From Octopus sinensis (Eukaryota): DNA of 25,271 bases. The stretch spans positions 1 to 25,271 of the forward strand of contig NW_021836108.1 in NCBI RefSeq assembly GCF_006345805.1, given 5' to 3'. This document shows positions 10,220-21,317 of the stretch, one piece after another; position 1 is the stretch's first letter, and the number at the start of each line of letters is the position of its first letter. Both the position numbers and the translations under genes were made by a program. The notes beneath the pieces were generated by a model. The model had not been told where the DNA came from. It saw nothing but the letters and a program-made list of their open reading frames with translations, and made no database searches.

Positions 10220-12105
10220 CTAGCAGAGATACCCGGAGTTGCCCGTGTCACATGGAATTGAAGAATTAGACTTTTCTTTTGTATTTTCTCTAATGAACTG
10301 GAATACCTTTAATTCGAATTTCATCAAAATTGCAGATTAAGAATTTTAATGAGGGTTCTTTCCCTCTTTACACACCCTCACAAAAATTCTAATCCTGACA
10401 TATATATCCCATACTACTCATCTTTATGCCCAGATTCCAAAATCCAAATGTTATAAAGCCCATTCAAAGGTTTTTGCTCCTGAAAAATGGAGCACATGGA
10501 GCTCATGGAGCTCTAAAATGTGGGAGTTAAAGCCCTCTTTATGGGTGGGGGTCTTAAAGTCAACTAGAGAAGTTGAATTGTTGGGAATAGTTTTCAACTT
10601 GTGTCTTATATCTATTGTTCAAATTTCTTTGAAATCGGAAATATATGAATGTTCACTGGGTTTGTAAAAGAGAGCAAAGCTAGAGGAAACCAAAACACGA
10701 ATGATCACAATAAGCAGTCAGCTAACTTACTCTAGTCGCTACCACTCCCCAGTGTAGGATTCTTCACTACACGGGTGACCGGAACAGCCGTAAGATGCAT
10801 TACAGATCTATAGCAATCGGAAGGGCATGACCCAACTCAAATAAACATTAACACCTGCGTGACGTGAGAGCTAAGGGGAAATGAAAGTGTCATCTCTGGA
10901 GTGACACTTGATCACTATGTCGATAGGTAACTGAACAGAATGAATTTGCAATCTATAAATCTCTGAATGACCAATCCCTTATGTGGAAAGGCCTTGAAAT
11001 CAGTGTTACCACCTGGGGACTATCTCTGACTCAGTGATAATAAAAAGACTCAAAGGAGGTCTGCAATCAAGTAACTTTACTCAACTGTTTGCAAATGAAT
11101 CAGTGGATGCAAAGATGCCTCTCCTTTACTTGACAATTTATGCACTATATTGCAGGAATCACAATCTAAATATATCTCAAAGCAAACTCTGACACTGTTG
11201 TACCATTGAATTACAAATAATGCTTTTTGTATCCTCGGGTGACTCCACAGCTTCCAAGACTACAATTGTATTCGTCTTGGCTTAGGAAAAATGACTAAAT
11301 TGTGGGGGTTAAGCCTCCATTAAGGGGTCTTACTAACCTCCTAAGAAGCTGAAATTTGTATCTAATATCTATGGTTAAAATCTCATCAACAGCAAAAATA
11401 TAAGAATTTTCATGGGGGTCATGGCCTCATATATACTCCCTCACTTTCAAACATATACTGCATTACATCTGTCCTTATTCATAGAATATAATTTCCAAAT
11501 TTCATGAAGATTCATTCAGTAATTTTAACCTTGTTTTGGATCATAACAAATGACTAAAATTTGGGAATTAAGGTACCTATTAAGGGGTCTTAGAATCCTC
11601 ATGAGAAGCGGAAACTTTGGAATACTTCTTGATTTGTATCAATTATCTATGGTTGAAATTTCATCAACATCGGAAATTTATGAATTTAAGCCCCTCAAAT
11701 CCAAACCAAACATACTGCATATACCCGCTCTTATGCATTGAATCTAAGTTCCAAATATCATAAAGATCCATTCAGTAATTTTGGTCCGTGAAAAATGACT
11801 AAAATTTGGGGGTTATGCCCCCATTAGAGGGTCTTAGAATCATCCAAAGAAATGGAAATTTGGGGTGTATTTTTTAAAATTTATTTCTAATAATTATAAT
11901 TCAAATTTCATCAAAATCCGAAGCATGGGAATTTTCACGGGGGTGGTTCTGCCTCCCGTTATGCCCCCTCAAAATTGTATGAAACATGCAGCATTACCCT
12001 ACTCTCTTGACTTGGATTTTGTGTTCCAAATTTCATTAGGATCGGTCCAGTAGTTTTCGAGTCTATAACTAACACACGAACACAGACATTGACTTTTATA
12101 ATATA
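10220..12105 (-). mobile_element. Non-autonomous Helitron-like element (about 1.9 kb) with internal subrepeats
   Basis: Minus-strand 3' CTAG|T at 10223-10219 with imperfect hairpin CCCGG-AGTTGC-CCGTG nearby; 5' end TATATTATAAAAGTCAATGTCTG...GGACCGATCCTAATGAAATTTGG; repeat units starting ATGACTAAA at 11291, 11550 and 11795. Confidence 0.75.
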
Positions 12106-12190
12106 CGAGCAAAACGACCCCCGCCCAATAGGCGGTGCTGAGTTGTCAAAAATTAAAATCAAATTTTCTCAAAACAACTTGTCCGACCGT
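12106..12190 (-). mobile_element. Second Helitron 3' terminal fragment abutting the first
   Basis: Hairpin CCGCC-CAATA-GGCGG (12121-12135), 11-nt spacer, then minus-strand CTCG|T (CTAG variant) at 12109-12105. Confidence 0.55.
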
Positions 12191-12312
12191 CCCATGGTTC
12201 TGGGCTCACTTGGGCAAGTGTTTTCTGCTGAAGCTTCGTACAGACCAAAGCCTTGTGAACGGATTTAGCAGACGGAAACTGAAAGAAGCCAGACGTGTGT
12301 GTGTGTGTGTGT

Positions 12313-12360
<48 letters not shown>

Positions 12361-12490
12361 CGTGTGTATGTGTGTGTGTTTGTATTTCTCCTCCCTCATC
12401 GGTGTTGGTGTGTTTATGCACCTGTAACTTACTGGTGAGTAAAAGAGACCGATAGAATAAGTATCAGACTTTAAAAAATAAGTAGTAGAT
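12190..12490 (+). mobile_element. SINE family A with internal deletion, 3' truncated
   Basis: CATGGTTCTGGGCTCA[del]CTTGGGCAAGTG, GACCAAAGCCTTGTGA, AGACGGAAACTGAAAGAAGCC, (GT)n, GAGACCGATAGAATAAGTA. Confidence 0.85.
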
Positions 12491-12567
12491 TTATATATAT
12501 ATATATATAAACATATATATTAGATTGTTTCACATGAAATGTATTTGAAAGGTAACAAAAAAATGTT

Positions 12568-12680
12568 TTGGAGTTTGATAAATTAAGTACCAGTGAAACA
12601 CTGGGGTCAATCTAATCGAATTGTCCCCTCCCCACAAATTTCAGGCCTTGTGCCTTTAGTAGAAAGTAATATTATTATTT
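12568..12680 (+). mobile_element. SINE 3' fragment (related core, different tail)
   Basis: GATAAATTAAGTACCAGTGAAACACTGGGGTCAATCTAATCGA core resembles the AAGT.CTGGGGTCGAT block of family A; ends in GGCCTTGTGCCTTTAGTAGAAAG plus (ATT)n. Confidence 0.6.
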
Positions 12681-12846
12681 TTCAATTTTCGTATGCTATT
12701 TCCTTTCTTTTCAGCGTACTCCATGTATACTTACTCTTTTTTTGTTGTTGTTATTTTATCTTTTCATTATCCGTAAACCCCCACACTTTATGTTTGTTTT
12801 CTATTGTCCCCCTCATCCTTCGCTCTGGTAAGATATAAATGAAACA

Positions 12847-12847
<1 letters not shown>

Positions 12848-12929
<82 letters not shown>

Positions 12930-12939
12930 TATTATTATT
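12848..12939. repeat. (TTA)n microsatellite
   Basis: Direct reading. Confidence 0.95.
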
Positions 12940-13203
12940 CCGTGTCTATATTAAATCGCTCAATTATTGCCTAAATTATACAAACAACAAGTGAAGTGTG
13001 TTGGCGTTGGGGTGGGTGATAGGTAAGTATCCGGCCGTAGTGCTCTTGAGACAAGATTTTAAAAAACTTGAAAAATTGAAAGTAGTTTTAACGGAATTCG
13101 AAGAAAATATGTGAAAGAATTGCAAGAACAACTGTACAATTAGCAGGCACCGTAGGCATCTAGTGTGTGTATGTGTGTGTGAGTGTGTGCGTTTGCGTGC
13201 GTG

Positions 13204-13239
<36 letters not shown>

Positions 13240-13247
13240 ATATATAT

Positions 13248-13327
<80 letters not shown>

Positions 13328-13680
13328 TAGATAGATAGATAGATAGACTGTCAAATTGATTTTCTGTACCTCTCTTTAGTGCATCACAAGGTTTTATAAC
13401 CAGATCTCGATTGAAAACCTATTTAAATTCACGTCTGTTTACCAACAACTGTGAAGTTGTTGTGTTAAGACATTGTCAAAGGAAACTTGTTGAAAAGATC
13501 AATTTTGTAGCTGACAGCCATTAGAAATATCTTTCTTTGTCTCTTGTCGTCCAATGTAACGCGTATTGAACCGAAAAAGACACAGAACATTTAACATTAT
13601 GTCCTCCTCGACAACATGTCTCCTCGCACAACAATCACAATAACAACAACACCAATAATAATAATAATAATAAAAATAAA

Positions 13681-13719
<39 letters not shown>

Positions 13720-13944
13720 CTTATCTATTATTTGTCACGAGGGTGACGGGTGAGGTAACATAAAATATGTGAAAAAAGCATTTAGATGTTGTGTTTTACA
13801 CGGTAACAACTTGATATAATCTCATCATCGGAAGCAGCATATTCAGCCATGTTGAAGTGAAGCTCACCCGTCGGGCTTTGTTGTGGGTGGAACTTCTTGT
13901 TAGAAATATTTTGAGATCTGTTGGTTGGTCAGAGTTATGATGTT

Positions 13945-14560
13945 GTCGTCGAAACGAGAACGAACTAGCTGGTCTGTTTTGGAGGACCTTCGATTCGGGG
14001 ACAATCGAGAATAATTTCCGGAAATCCTTGACCTGGCAGTGCTACTGAAGGGCACTACCGCTCCGAGAAGAGCTTTACAAGCACAGAAATACCTCCAGAT
14101 GGAACTGCCAAGTACGCTCGCAGCGAGACGAAACTGTAGGGCATGCACTCTTACAGTGCCCGAGCATTGCTGACTCGTGGTGGTATATTGGACAACTGTT
14201 GTCTTGTGAAGGACAACTCTGACTATCGGTCGTATAGATCGCACTGCCAACCACCTTTTTTAATAAGGCAGAACAGACGGTGTTTCTCTGTCTAGTGATT
14301 ATAGCGAATGAAGTTGAGTGGCGGAGAAAACTGAAAGGACTGCGGGCAGACACCTTCCTCTCCTGCCAAGCCCTCATGGATATTTTTCGGTTCCACTTGA
14401 AAAGACAAATGAAGGTGGAGAGAGGAGTGTCCTCTCCCAGGGAATTTGTGAAAAAGTGGGTGACTGGCACAAATGCTTAGGATGAATGGACCTACGCTAA
14501 GCATGTGCCTGTAGGTTGGAGAACAGTTGGGTGGGGGCTTGTGCCCTTATTAATCAGATG
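13945..14560 (+). mobile_element. 5'-truncated L1/Tx1-type LINE fragment (ORF2 C-terminal zf-RVT region), pseudogenised
   Basis: Frame reads NNFRKSLTWQCY*RALPLREELYKH...CQVRSQRDETVGHALLQCP...VFLCLVIIANEVEW...FHLKRQMKVER...EFVKKWV. The ET.xHALLxCP cysteine/histidine block is typical of L1/Tx1 ORF2; several stops and a frameshift. Confidence 0.8.
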
Positions 14561-14574
14561 ATCTTGAACCTCTA

Positions 14575-14765
14575 GGATTCATTGATTGGCTCTAACTGGA
14601 GTTTCATCTGCATCAGAACTACCTCATAGATGTGTTCACCATGTATACTTACATCACTTTTCCTCTCCGCTCCCTTTCTTCATCCCATCTTATGTCAACT
14701 TCTACAAGTTGTATACTGTCTATTTAATATCCACCTCATCTGATGCCCAAGTGGCAAATAAAAGA

Positions 14766-14831
<66 letters not shown>

Positions 14832-14851
14832 CATCATCATCATCATCATCA

Positions 14852-14925
<74 letters not shown>
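14575..14925 (+). mobile_element. Probable LINE 3' end with AATAAA and (TAT)n(CAT)n(TAT)n tail
   Basis: GCCCAAGTGGCAAATAAAAGAATT followed directly by a roughly 155-bp trinucleotide tail; clade not assignable. Confidence 0.35.
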
Positions 14926-15204
14926 TGTGTTTTCACCAGTTATTCTCTTTATTTTGATAATATTGCACGATTGAACAAGCAATAAAACACTAAAAGACTG
15001 ATTCTTTTATGGAATCGAAGAGAATGAAATGGAAAGGAATCGCTCACTGCAAAGCAGAACAAAACGATATGAGTATGTGTGCATAAACACGTATACACAC
15101 ACATACACACGCGCGCGCGCGCACGTATATATACTCATGTATACATATGTTTGTTTATGTGTATCTATCAATGTCTATGTGTGTGTGTGTCTGTTTGTAT
15201 GTAT

Positions 15205-15470
15205 CTATATAACTGTTCACACCTGTCAATGCAGTGTATGCCAAAAAGTCTGCAAATCTAACGGGGGCCTTAAAAGACATTTTAAGATCCACACTGATCA
15301 GAGCTTAACTGTAGTTCTTCGTCGTCCAAATCAGATATACAATCTATGTGGGTATTTTCTGAAAACGTTGTATGGTTTTAAAAGCCACATCATGCTACAT
15401 CTCAGGTGTAAGTACAAGAGGTGGTCAGACTTTGCATAAGAAGGAGACAACCACCATGTATGTATTTAAA
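15205..15470 (+). mobile_element. RTE-like LINE 3' end encoding one intact and one decayed C2H2 finger
   Basis: CSVCQKVCKSNGGLKRHFKIH (C-x2-C-x12-H-x3-H, 15230-15292), then YNLCGYFLKTLYGFKSHIMLH; stop at 15439, then a short tail ending in ATGT repeats. Confidence 0.55.
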
Positions 15471-15516
15471 TATACACATCGTACACATGCATATATTCAC
15501 ATACATACATAACTAA

Positions 15517-15819
15517 ATGGTCAGGCCCTTCGTCGGTTGCAACAACGAGTGCTCCAGTAAATACGATCTGCCGAACAGCCCCTGCTCATGGAATTAACTC
15601 CACAACCACGAGTATCCTTAATGTAGTTCTCATGCAGATTCAACGCGACACAGAATGTGACAAAGCCTACCCTTTGAAATACGGACACAACTCATTTTTG
15701 CCAGCTGAGTGGGCTGGAGTGATGAGAAATAAAGTGTCTTTCTCAAGGACACAACGCAACGCCTAGAAACGAACTCATGGCTTTACAATAACCCTACCCA
15801 ACTAATCACGAGTCTTCAC
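15517..15819 (-). mobile_element. tRNA-derived SINE family B
   Basis: AACTCATTTTTGCCAGCTGAGTGGGCTGGAG...GAAATAAAGTGTCTTTCTCAAGGACACAACG core shared with 20385-20672 and (reversed) 22809-22985; decayed tRNA-like head. Confidence 0.8.
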
Positions 15820-15827
15820 TACATAAC

Positions 15828-15959
<132 letters not shown>

Positions 15960-15971
15960 GCGACTCCGGCA

Positions 15972-16389
15972 CTCGGGCTACTCGGGCTTAGGCCGTGTAT
16001 AAATTTAGTAAAGTGAACGTATATTTTTAAGCTGATTTAATTTCTACCAACACTGACTTCAAGTATGTAATTGTAGCCAATAACTCACTCATTTTATTGA
16101 GTCTGGTTGCAGTTTCTTTATTTTCATTCAGCGTCTGGTGGTCGTCTTAGAGGTGCCCCGTATCAAAAAATATCATTCGTAACAGACGTTCTCTCGACAT
16201 CGTTCACATCTGCCTGACTCGGGCTCAGAAGCTACAGCCCGAGTTATCTATAATCGTAAAAATAATTCAAATTCAATTATTTCATGAAACAATATATTTC
16301 TATATAGATTAGGATTTAAATTCCAATCTATGAAAAGTTTCTGTTCTACAATATTCTTAAAGGAACTAAAAATTATCCAGCAACTCGGG
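15972..16389. promoter_or_regulatory. hAT subterminal CTCGGG(C) motif repeats (putative transposase-binding sites)
   Basis: CTCGGGC at 15972, 15981 and 16218, inverted GCCCGAG at 16237, CTCGGG at 16384; degenerate copy GCCCCAG at the right end (about 19194). Confidence 0.6.
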
Positions 16390-16580
16390 TTAATACGAAC
16401 GAGCTTGGCAGGTGTAACAGACTAACTGGCATCTCTTGTCAAGAGGACAGGCGACAGTCAGATCGCTGATGTTTGTTGTGCATTCCGCTTTCATTATTTG
16501 ATTACTGCTATTCTGTGCGTCTGTGTGTAAAGATCAGTTTTGTTTTGCAGGGTTGCCTTATTTTTACCCTTAACTTAGAA

Positions 16581-19035
16581 ATGAAGAAAAACATAGTACT
16601 AGATATAAAAAATAAGCCATTTAGGGCTAGAAATATTGTGGAAAAACGTAATATTCTTTGAGCAGGTAGGCTGACTCCCTCATTGAAAACTAAAGTTGGA
16701 ACTCGAACATTTCAGATAAATGAACAGACTGATTGGCTTTGTGCAAGAAGCGTCACAGAAAAGCCTACAGCTGGCCATGTTTGTTGTCTCAAGCAAAAGT
16801 TAATCAGTTGTGGTCAGAAGGAGACTATGATAACTATAAAAACATACTGAGTATCTGTAAGTATCACAGTAAATCAGTGAGTCATTTAAGTAATTATAAA
16901 AGCTTGAAGACTTTTGGACTGTACGATAGTGAGTCAACTATTAGTGAGTCTACCAAACTGGAAAAAGAAAGCCATACCAAAGCAGCTGAAGAAAATAGAC
17001 AACATTTAAAGCAGTTAACAAATGCAGTGTTATACCTGTGTAAAGCAAGAGTTGCCTTTACGTGGACATGATGAAGGAAGTCACAGACTTAATAGAGGAA
17101 ATTACTGTGAACTATAGCAGTACTTTGCTGAAATCGACAGCGTGTTTACTTCTAGACTTTCTACTTAAGAGGGGTCGAAACAGTTTTCAGGAATCTCAAT
17201 TGCAATACAAAATTACCTAATACAAGGGATTGGAAATGTCATCTCTGGTGAAATTAGAAGCGAAGTTGATAAAGCTCCGTTTATGTCTGTACAAGCCGAC
17301 GAAACTACTGACTGCGCAATGCATGTCCAACTGTCGATCATAATAAGATATGTATATGAAGACGAAACATGTGAACGATTTCTTGGATCCTATGAAGTCA
17401 GTGATGATAAAAGTGCTAGAAGACTGGCTGGTGTGATCGCAACTGCGTTGAGCTCTTTCAGTGATGCTACAGATAAATTATTGAGCCAGACTAAACGGAG
17501 TACAGAGTAAGCTAAGGGATAAAGGGCTTAAACACGCGCATTTCATTCACTACTATGCGCATAAACTTGACTCAGTCTTGAGTAAAAGCGCCGAGGAGGT
17601 GAATGGAGTAAAAATGTTGTTGTTTTTCGGATTTACGTGCATTTAGTAAATGAGTATCTTCCAGTACCAAGCGGGAAAACGTTTTCAGACATTTTAATGT
17701 CAGTATTCCATCACTGTGCAAAACAAGATTATGCTATAGCTCAAGAACTGTGTCATCCATAAAACTATTGCATGAAAACTTGAAAAATGCCTTCACAAAT
17801 ATTCTAGGCTCTCGGGATGAAGAAACACTTTGTCAAACAGACAATCTATTGACAAAGTTGAATGATTTCACATTCATGTTTTTCATCAATTGCTTTCATA
17901 ACATACTTTCTCAGGCTGGAAAAATCTTTGATATCCTACACTGTAAGCTACTCGACATGGTCAGAGTAAACAAAATGGCTTCATTCATTGTGTTGAAGGT
18001 TATCGTAAGGACGAACATTATAAAAACATTCACTGAACAGGCAGATGAGTCCGATCCTTCTAAAAAAAGAGTCAGAGGTGCACAAATTAATTACAAAACT
18101 ACCCATTTTGAAATAATTGAAGGAGTAGCTGTGTTGCTTACGAACCACATGGTTCCGGGTTCAGTCCCACTGCGTGACACCTTGGGCAAGTGTCTTCTAC
18201 TATAGCCTCCGATCGACCAAATTCTTGTGAGTGGATTTGGTAGACGGAAACTAAAAGAAGCCCGTCGTATATATGTATATTTATATATATATATATATGC
18301 GTGTGTATATGTTTGTGTGCCTGCGTTTGTCCCTCCAACATCGCTTGACAACCGATGCTGGTGTGTTTACGTCCCCGTAACTTAGCGGTTCAGCAAAAGA
18401 AACCGATAGAATTAGTACTAGGCTTACAAAGAATAAGTCCTGGGGTCGATTTGTTCGACTAAAGGCGGTGCTCCAGCATAGCCACAGTCAAAATGACTGA
18501 AACAAATAAAAAAGTAAAAGAGTATTCTAATGTCCTTACGAGAGAGAATGTCTTGCATTCGGGAGTACGCATTCTTTTGAATTACTAGACGTTAATAAGT
18601 TTGAAGAGTTTGCTAACTCGTTTCCCATGCAACACAAGGAGTCTCGAGAAAACAAGTATCCCTGTATGTTTGACTGTAAGAGCTTACTGAACGAGCTTAA
18701 ATATATGTATGTTGACTGGTTTAAAAAAGGACAAGTCAATTAACTCCATTTTAGAATTACTGTACAAATTGGAGTTGACTTCCGCTATGCCGGAATCCAT
18801 TAAACTAATTAAGCTTGTGTTGACCATCTCCTTAACATCAGTCCCTAATGAGTTTTTCAACGTTGGGTAGAATCCGCTCATATCTGAGAAACCCAATGGC
18901 CCAAGAACGGCTATCTTCACTGGCTCGTATTTCCACCGAGGAAAGCATTTTGAGCGGCTTGGACAACAAGAAGGAGCTAAGGATATCAACGAGTTGGCCA
19001 TGAAACCAAGACGTCTGAAGTGCGTGTATAAACGA
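16581..19035 (+). pseudogene. hAT transposase pseudogene (ZMYM1-like: TTF-type finger, DUF4371, hATC dimerisation domain)
   Basis: MKKNIVLDIKNKPF...EKRNIL*AGRLTP; KAYSWPCLL...W...YHSKSVSH; KQELPLRGHDE...NRGNYCEL*; SVQADETTD...QLSIIIRYV...ERFLG; HFIHYYAHKL (CxxH with C to Y); LVLTISLTSVPNE/FSTLGRIRSYLRNPMAQERLSSLA. Stops at 16659, 17115 and 17166, plus several frameshifts. Confidence 0.92.
18121..18525 (+). mobile_element. SINE family A, near full length, inserted in the transposase CDS
   Basis: Splits the transposase motif HFEII|SILMSLRER; complete head, internal (TA/GT)n and tail GGCGGTGCTCCAGCATAGCCACAGTCAAAATGACTGAAAC; no clear TSD. Confidence 0.92.
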
Positions 19036-19230
19036 AGTAATTTTTTATATTAAAATTACACTTCTGTTGCATTCTTTCGTTAGAAGCAGCATATTTGCTT
19101 ACTGTTGCATTATCAGTGCACATATAAGTCTGCAGTGTGCATTATGTCTCTTACCTTCTTTTATACATGTGTCTAATGCGAAATCTGTGATGAGCCCCAG
19201 TGTCGCTGATGACCTGAAGTCGCCTCTGAT

Positions 19231-19452
19231 ATGTGTGTGTGTGTTGTGTAATACATATATATATGTATACATATACATGCATATATATATTATATATATA
19301 TATATATATACATAAATAATATCGGTATATATATAATTGTGTGTATGTATATATAATATATATTTATATTATATGTAATTTTTATATATATATATATATA
19401 TTTATTATATATGTATGCATATATATATATATATATATTATATATATAGATA

Positions 19453-19483
<31 letters not shown>

Positions 19484-19568
19484 ATATATTATATATAATA
19501 TATATATATATAATATATATATATAATATATATATATTCTATAATATATATAATATATTATAGATATA

Positions 19569-19607
<39 letters not shown>

Positions 19608-19608
19608 T

Positions 19609-19646
<38 letters not shown>
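19231..19646. repeat. Long imperfect (TA)n tract
   Basis: Direct reading. Confidence 0.95.
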
Positions 19647-19822
19647 ATTGGTAAAAACGGTAAGATTCAAAAGAAAGAAAGAGACCTAATATTATGTAAA
19701 TAGATGAAATTTATGTGTAAAATCTGTGACAATTATTCGGTAGTCCATGATAAACATCTTAGTTTCAGATGCCGAGGTGGAAATCCACAACACCATCTCT
19801 TCGGTTATCTGGCATCTGAATT
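19647..19822 (-). mobile_element. Short island between (TA)n tracts carrying a hammerhead-like motif; probable Penelope-like terminal repeat
   Basis: (TA)n on both sides; hammerhead-like fold at 19809-19749. PLE assignment is inference. Confidence 0.45.
19749..19809 (-). ncRNA. Type-I hammerhead-ribozyme-like motif, degenerate
   Basis: Minus strand GATAA-CCGAAGA (U4C)-GATG...GTGGATTTCCAC...CATC-T-GAAA-C-TAAGAT-GT-TTATC: stem I GATAA/TTATC, stem II GATG/CATC; one nucleotide short at the cleavage site. Confidence 0.5.
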
Positions 19823-19844
19823 TATATATATATATAGAGAAGAG

Positions 19845-19940
<96 letters not shown>

Positions 19941-20162
19941 GATATGTGTATGTGTTTCTCTATGCACTCCTTTCCTTTCGTCTGATCCAGGAGTCGGGCG
20001 ACAGTATCACCTTGGTCAGTGCGGGGACCACCAAAAGTGTATCATGTGCTGGCTAGTATCATCGTTTCCTTTCTTTTTCTGGTGTTTCCACCCTTCCACT
20101 TTTTCCATGTACCTTCTCGGCTTTTCTCATATTTTCTCCTTTTCTTTTGTTCTGTTTTTGTT

Positions 20163-20191
20163 CTGTGCTCATATATGCCATATGAGCACAG
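20163..20191. repeat. Perfect 12-bp inverted repeat with 5-nt loop
   Basis: CTGTGCTCATAT-ATGCC-ATATGAGCACAG. Confidence 0.9.
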
Positions 20192-20384
20192 CCTCAAGAT
20201 TGCATGAAGGCACTAGATGTGTTATAAAATGCTGTCTGTGTCTGTTTCATTGCCTGAAACCATTAGTAGCTCATAAAAATATATACTGTATTCATTAAAC
20301 AATATTTATCTCTCACCTTATGGAGTACGTTTTGTTGATCTTACCTTCTTGGAACAGTATACTATATATATGGGATTGCACCTA

Positions 20385-20672
20385 TAAATTTACCCTCCTA
20401 GGCACAAGTCCGGGCAAGGTTGTTTATGGAAGACCAGCAGTCGCCCATGCATACCGACTTCCCCTCTCCACGTTATCCAAGTGTTATCCAAGGGAAAGGC
20501 AATTATCCAAGGGAAAGGCACCTATGACATCGCAACTCATTTCTACAGCTGAGTGAACTGGAGCAACGTAAAATAAAGTGTCTTGCTCAAGAACGCAACA
20601 CGCATCCCGGTCCGGGATTCGAACGCACAACCTCACGATCGTAAGCTCGACGCTCTAACCAATGAGCCATGA
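20385..20672 (-). mobile_element. tRNA-derived SINE family B with intact Pol III boxes
   Basis: Minus strand TGGCTCATTGGTTAGAGCG (A box, 20669-20651) and GTTCGAATCCC (B box, 20624-20614), core CTTGAGCAAGACACTTTATTTTACGTTGCTCCAGTTCACTCAGCTG. Confidence 0.9.
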
Positions 20673-20673
20673 G

Positions 20674-20709
<36 letters not shown>

Positions 20710-21009
20710 TATATATACACACACACATATATATATGCATACATATGTACATATATATATTATATATATAATATATTTATATATATATATATATTTATGC
20801 GCACACACACATACACGCGCGAGTTGAAAACGAACGAAAGTAGTGCTCAAATGCTCAAAACATTGTGGAAGTACGTATATTTAAAAACAGATTGACTCAG
20901 CTCTACATTACTTAAAGTTTCGCAGGCGTAAGACACATCATCTTAATCAGATGTGCGTGTGTGTGTGTGTGTGTGCGTGTATTTTAGCGCTGGGTATTGG
21001 TCGCCCTCA

Positions 21010-21120
21010 TGCTTCAGTAGAAGACATTTGGCCAAAATGGCATGCAATGGCACTGAACGCGACAAAATCTACGAAGCAAACTTGTTAACTTCACATTCAC
21101 TTTAATTTTGTTGTTGTTGT
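21010..21120 (-). mobile_element. Highly decayed SINE family A 5' fragment
   Basis: GTAGAAGACATTTGGCCAAAATGGCATGCAATGGCACTGAAC aligns by eye to the reverse complement of 18150-18202. Confidence 0.55.
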
Positions 21121-21317
21121 TTCTACTTTTACAGCTTTGCTACTGTGCTGTGAATATTAAATGTCTTTAAATATGTTTAAGTTTTACCACAAACAGACCA
21201 ACCTTTATACAAAGAGCAGAATTTATCGAGATTTTCAAAATATTTGAACAGAGAGCAGACGGATGTCTTCTCTGGACACAAAACCAGTCCTGCTCAGGAG
21301 TAAAACCAAGATGCTGT

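Noticed and set aside
12715-12827. Exon-like segment with strong acceptor and CTG|GTAAGA donor
   Set aside because: Body is an almost pure T/C low-complexity tract; translations uninformative.
13900-14504. Minus-strand ORFs of 70-131 aa
   Set aside because: Antisense to the L1/Tx1 fragment.
14586-14985. Poly-Y/N/I ORFs
   Set aside because: (TAT)n(CAT)n tail of a retroelement.
18684-19001. Minus-strand 105-aa ORF (also 18536-18739)
   Set aside because: Antisense to the hATC domain of the transposase pseudogene.
19186-19229. C/D-box snoRNA-like pattern (GTGATGA...CTGA-TGA...CTGA)
   Set aside because: Coincides with the hAT right TIR and its subterminal GCCCCAG motif; no rRNA/snRNA-complementary guide recognised.
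20600-20672. Possible tRNA gene
   Set aside because: Acceptor and anticodon stems do not pair and it continues into a SINE core; it is a SINE head.
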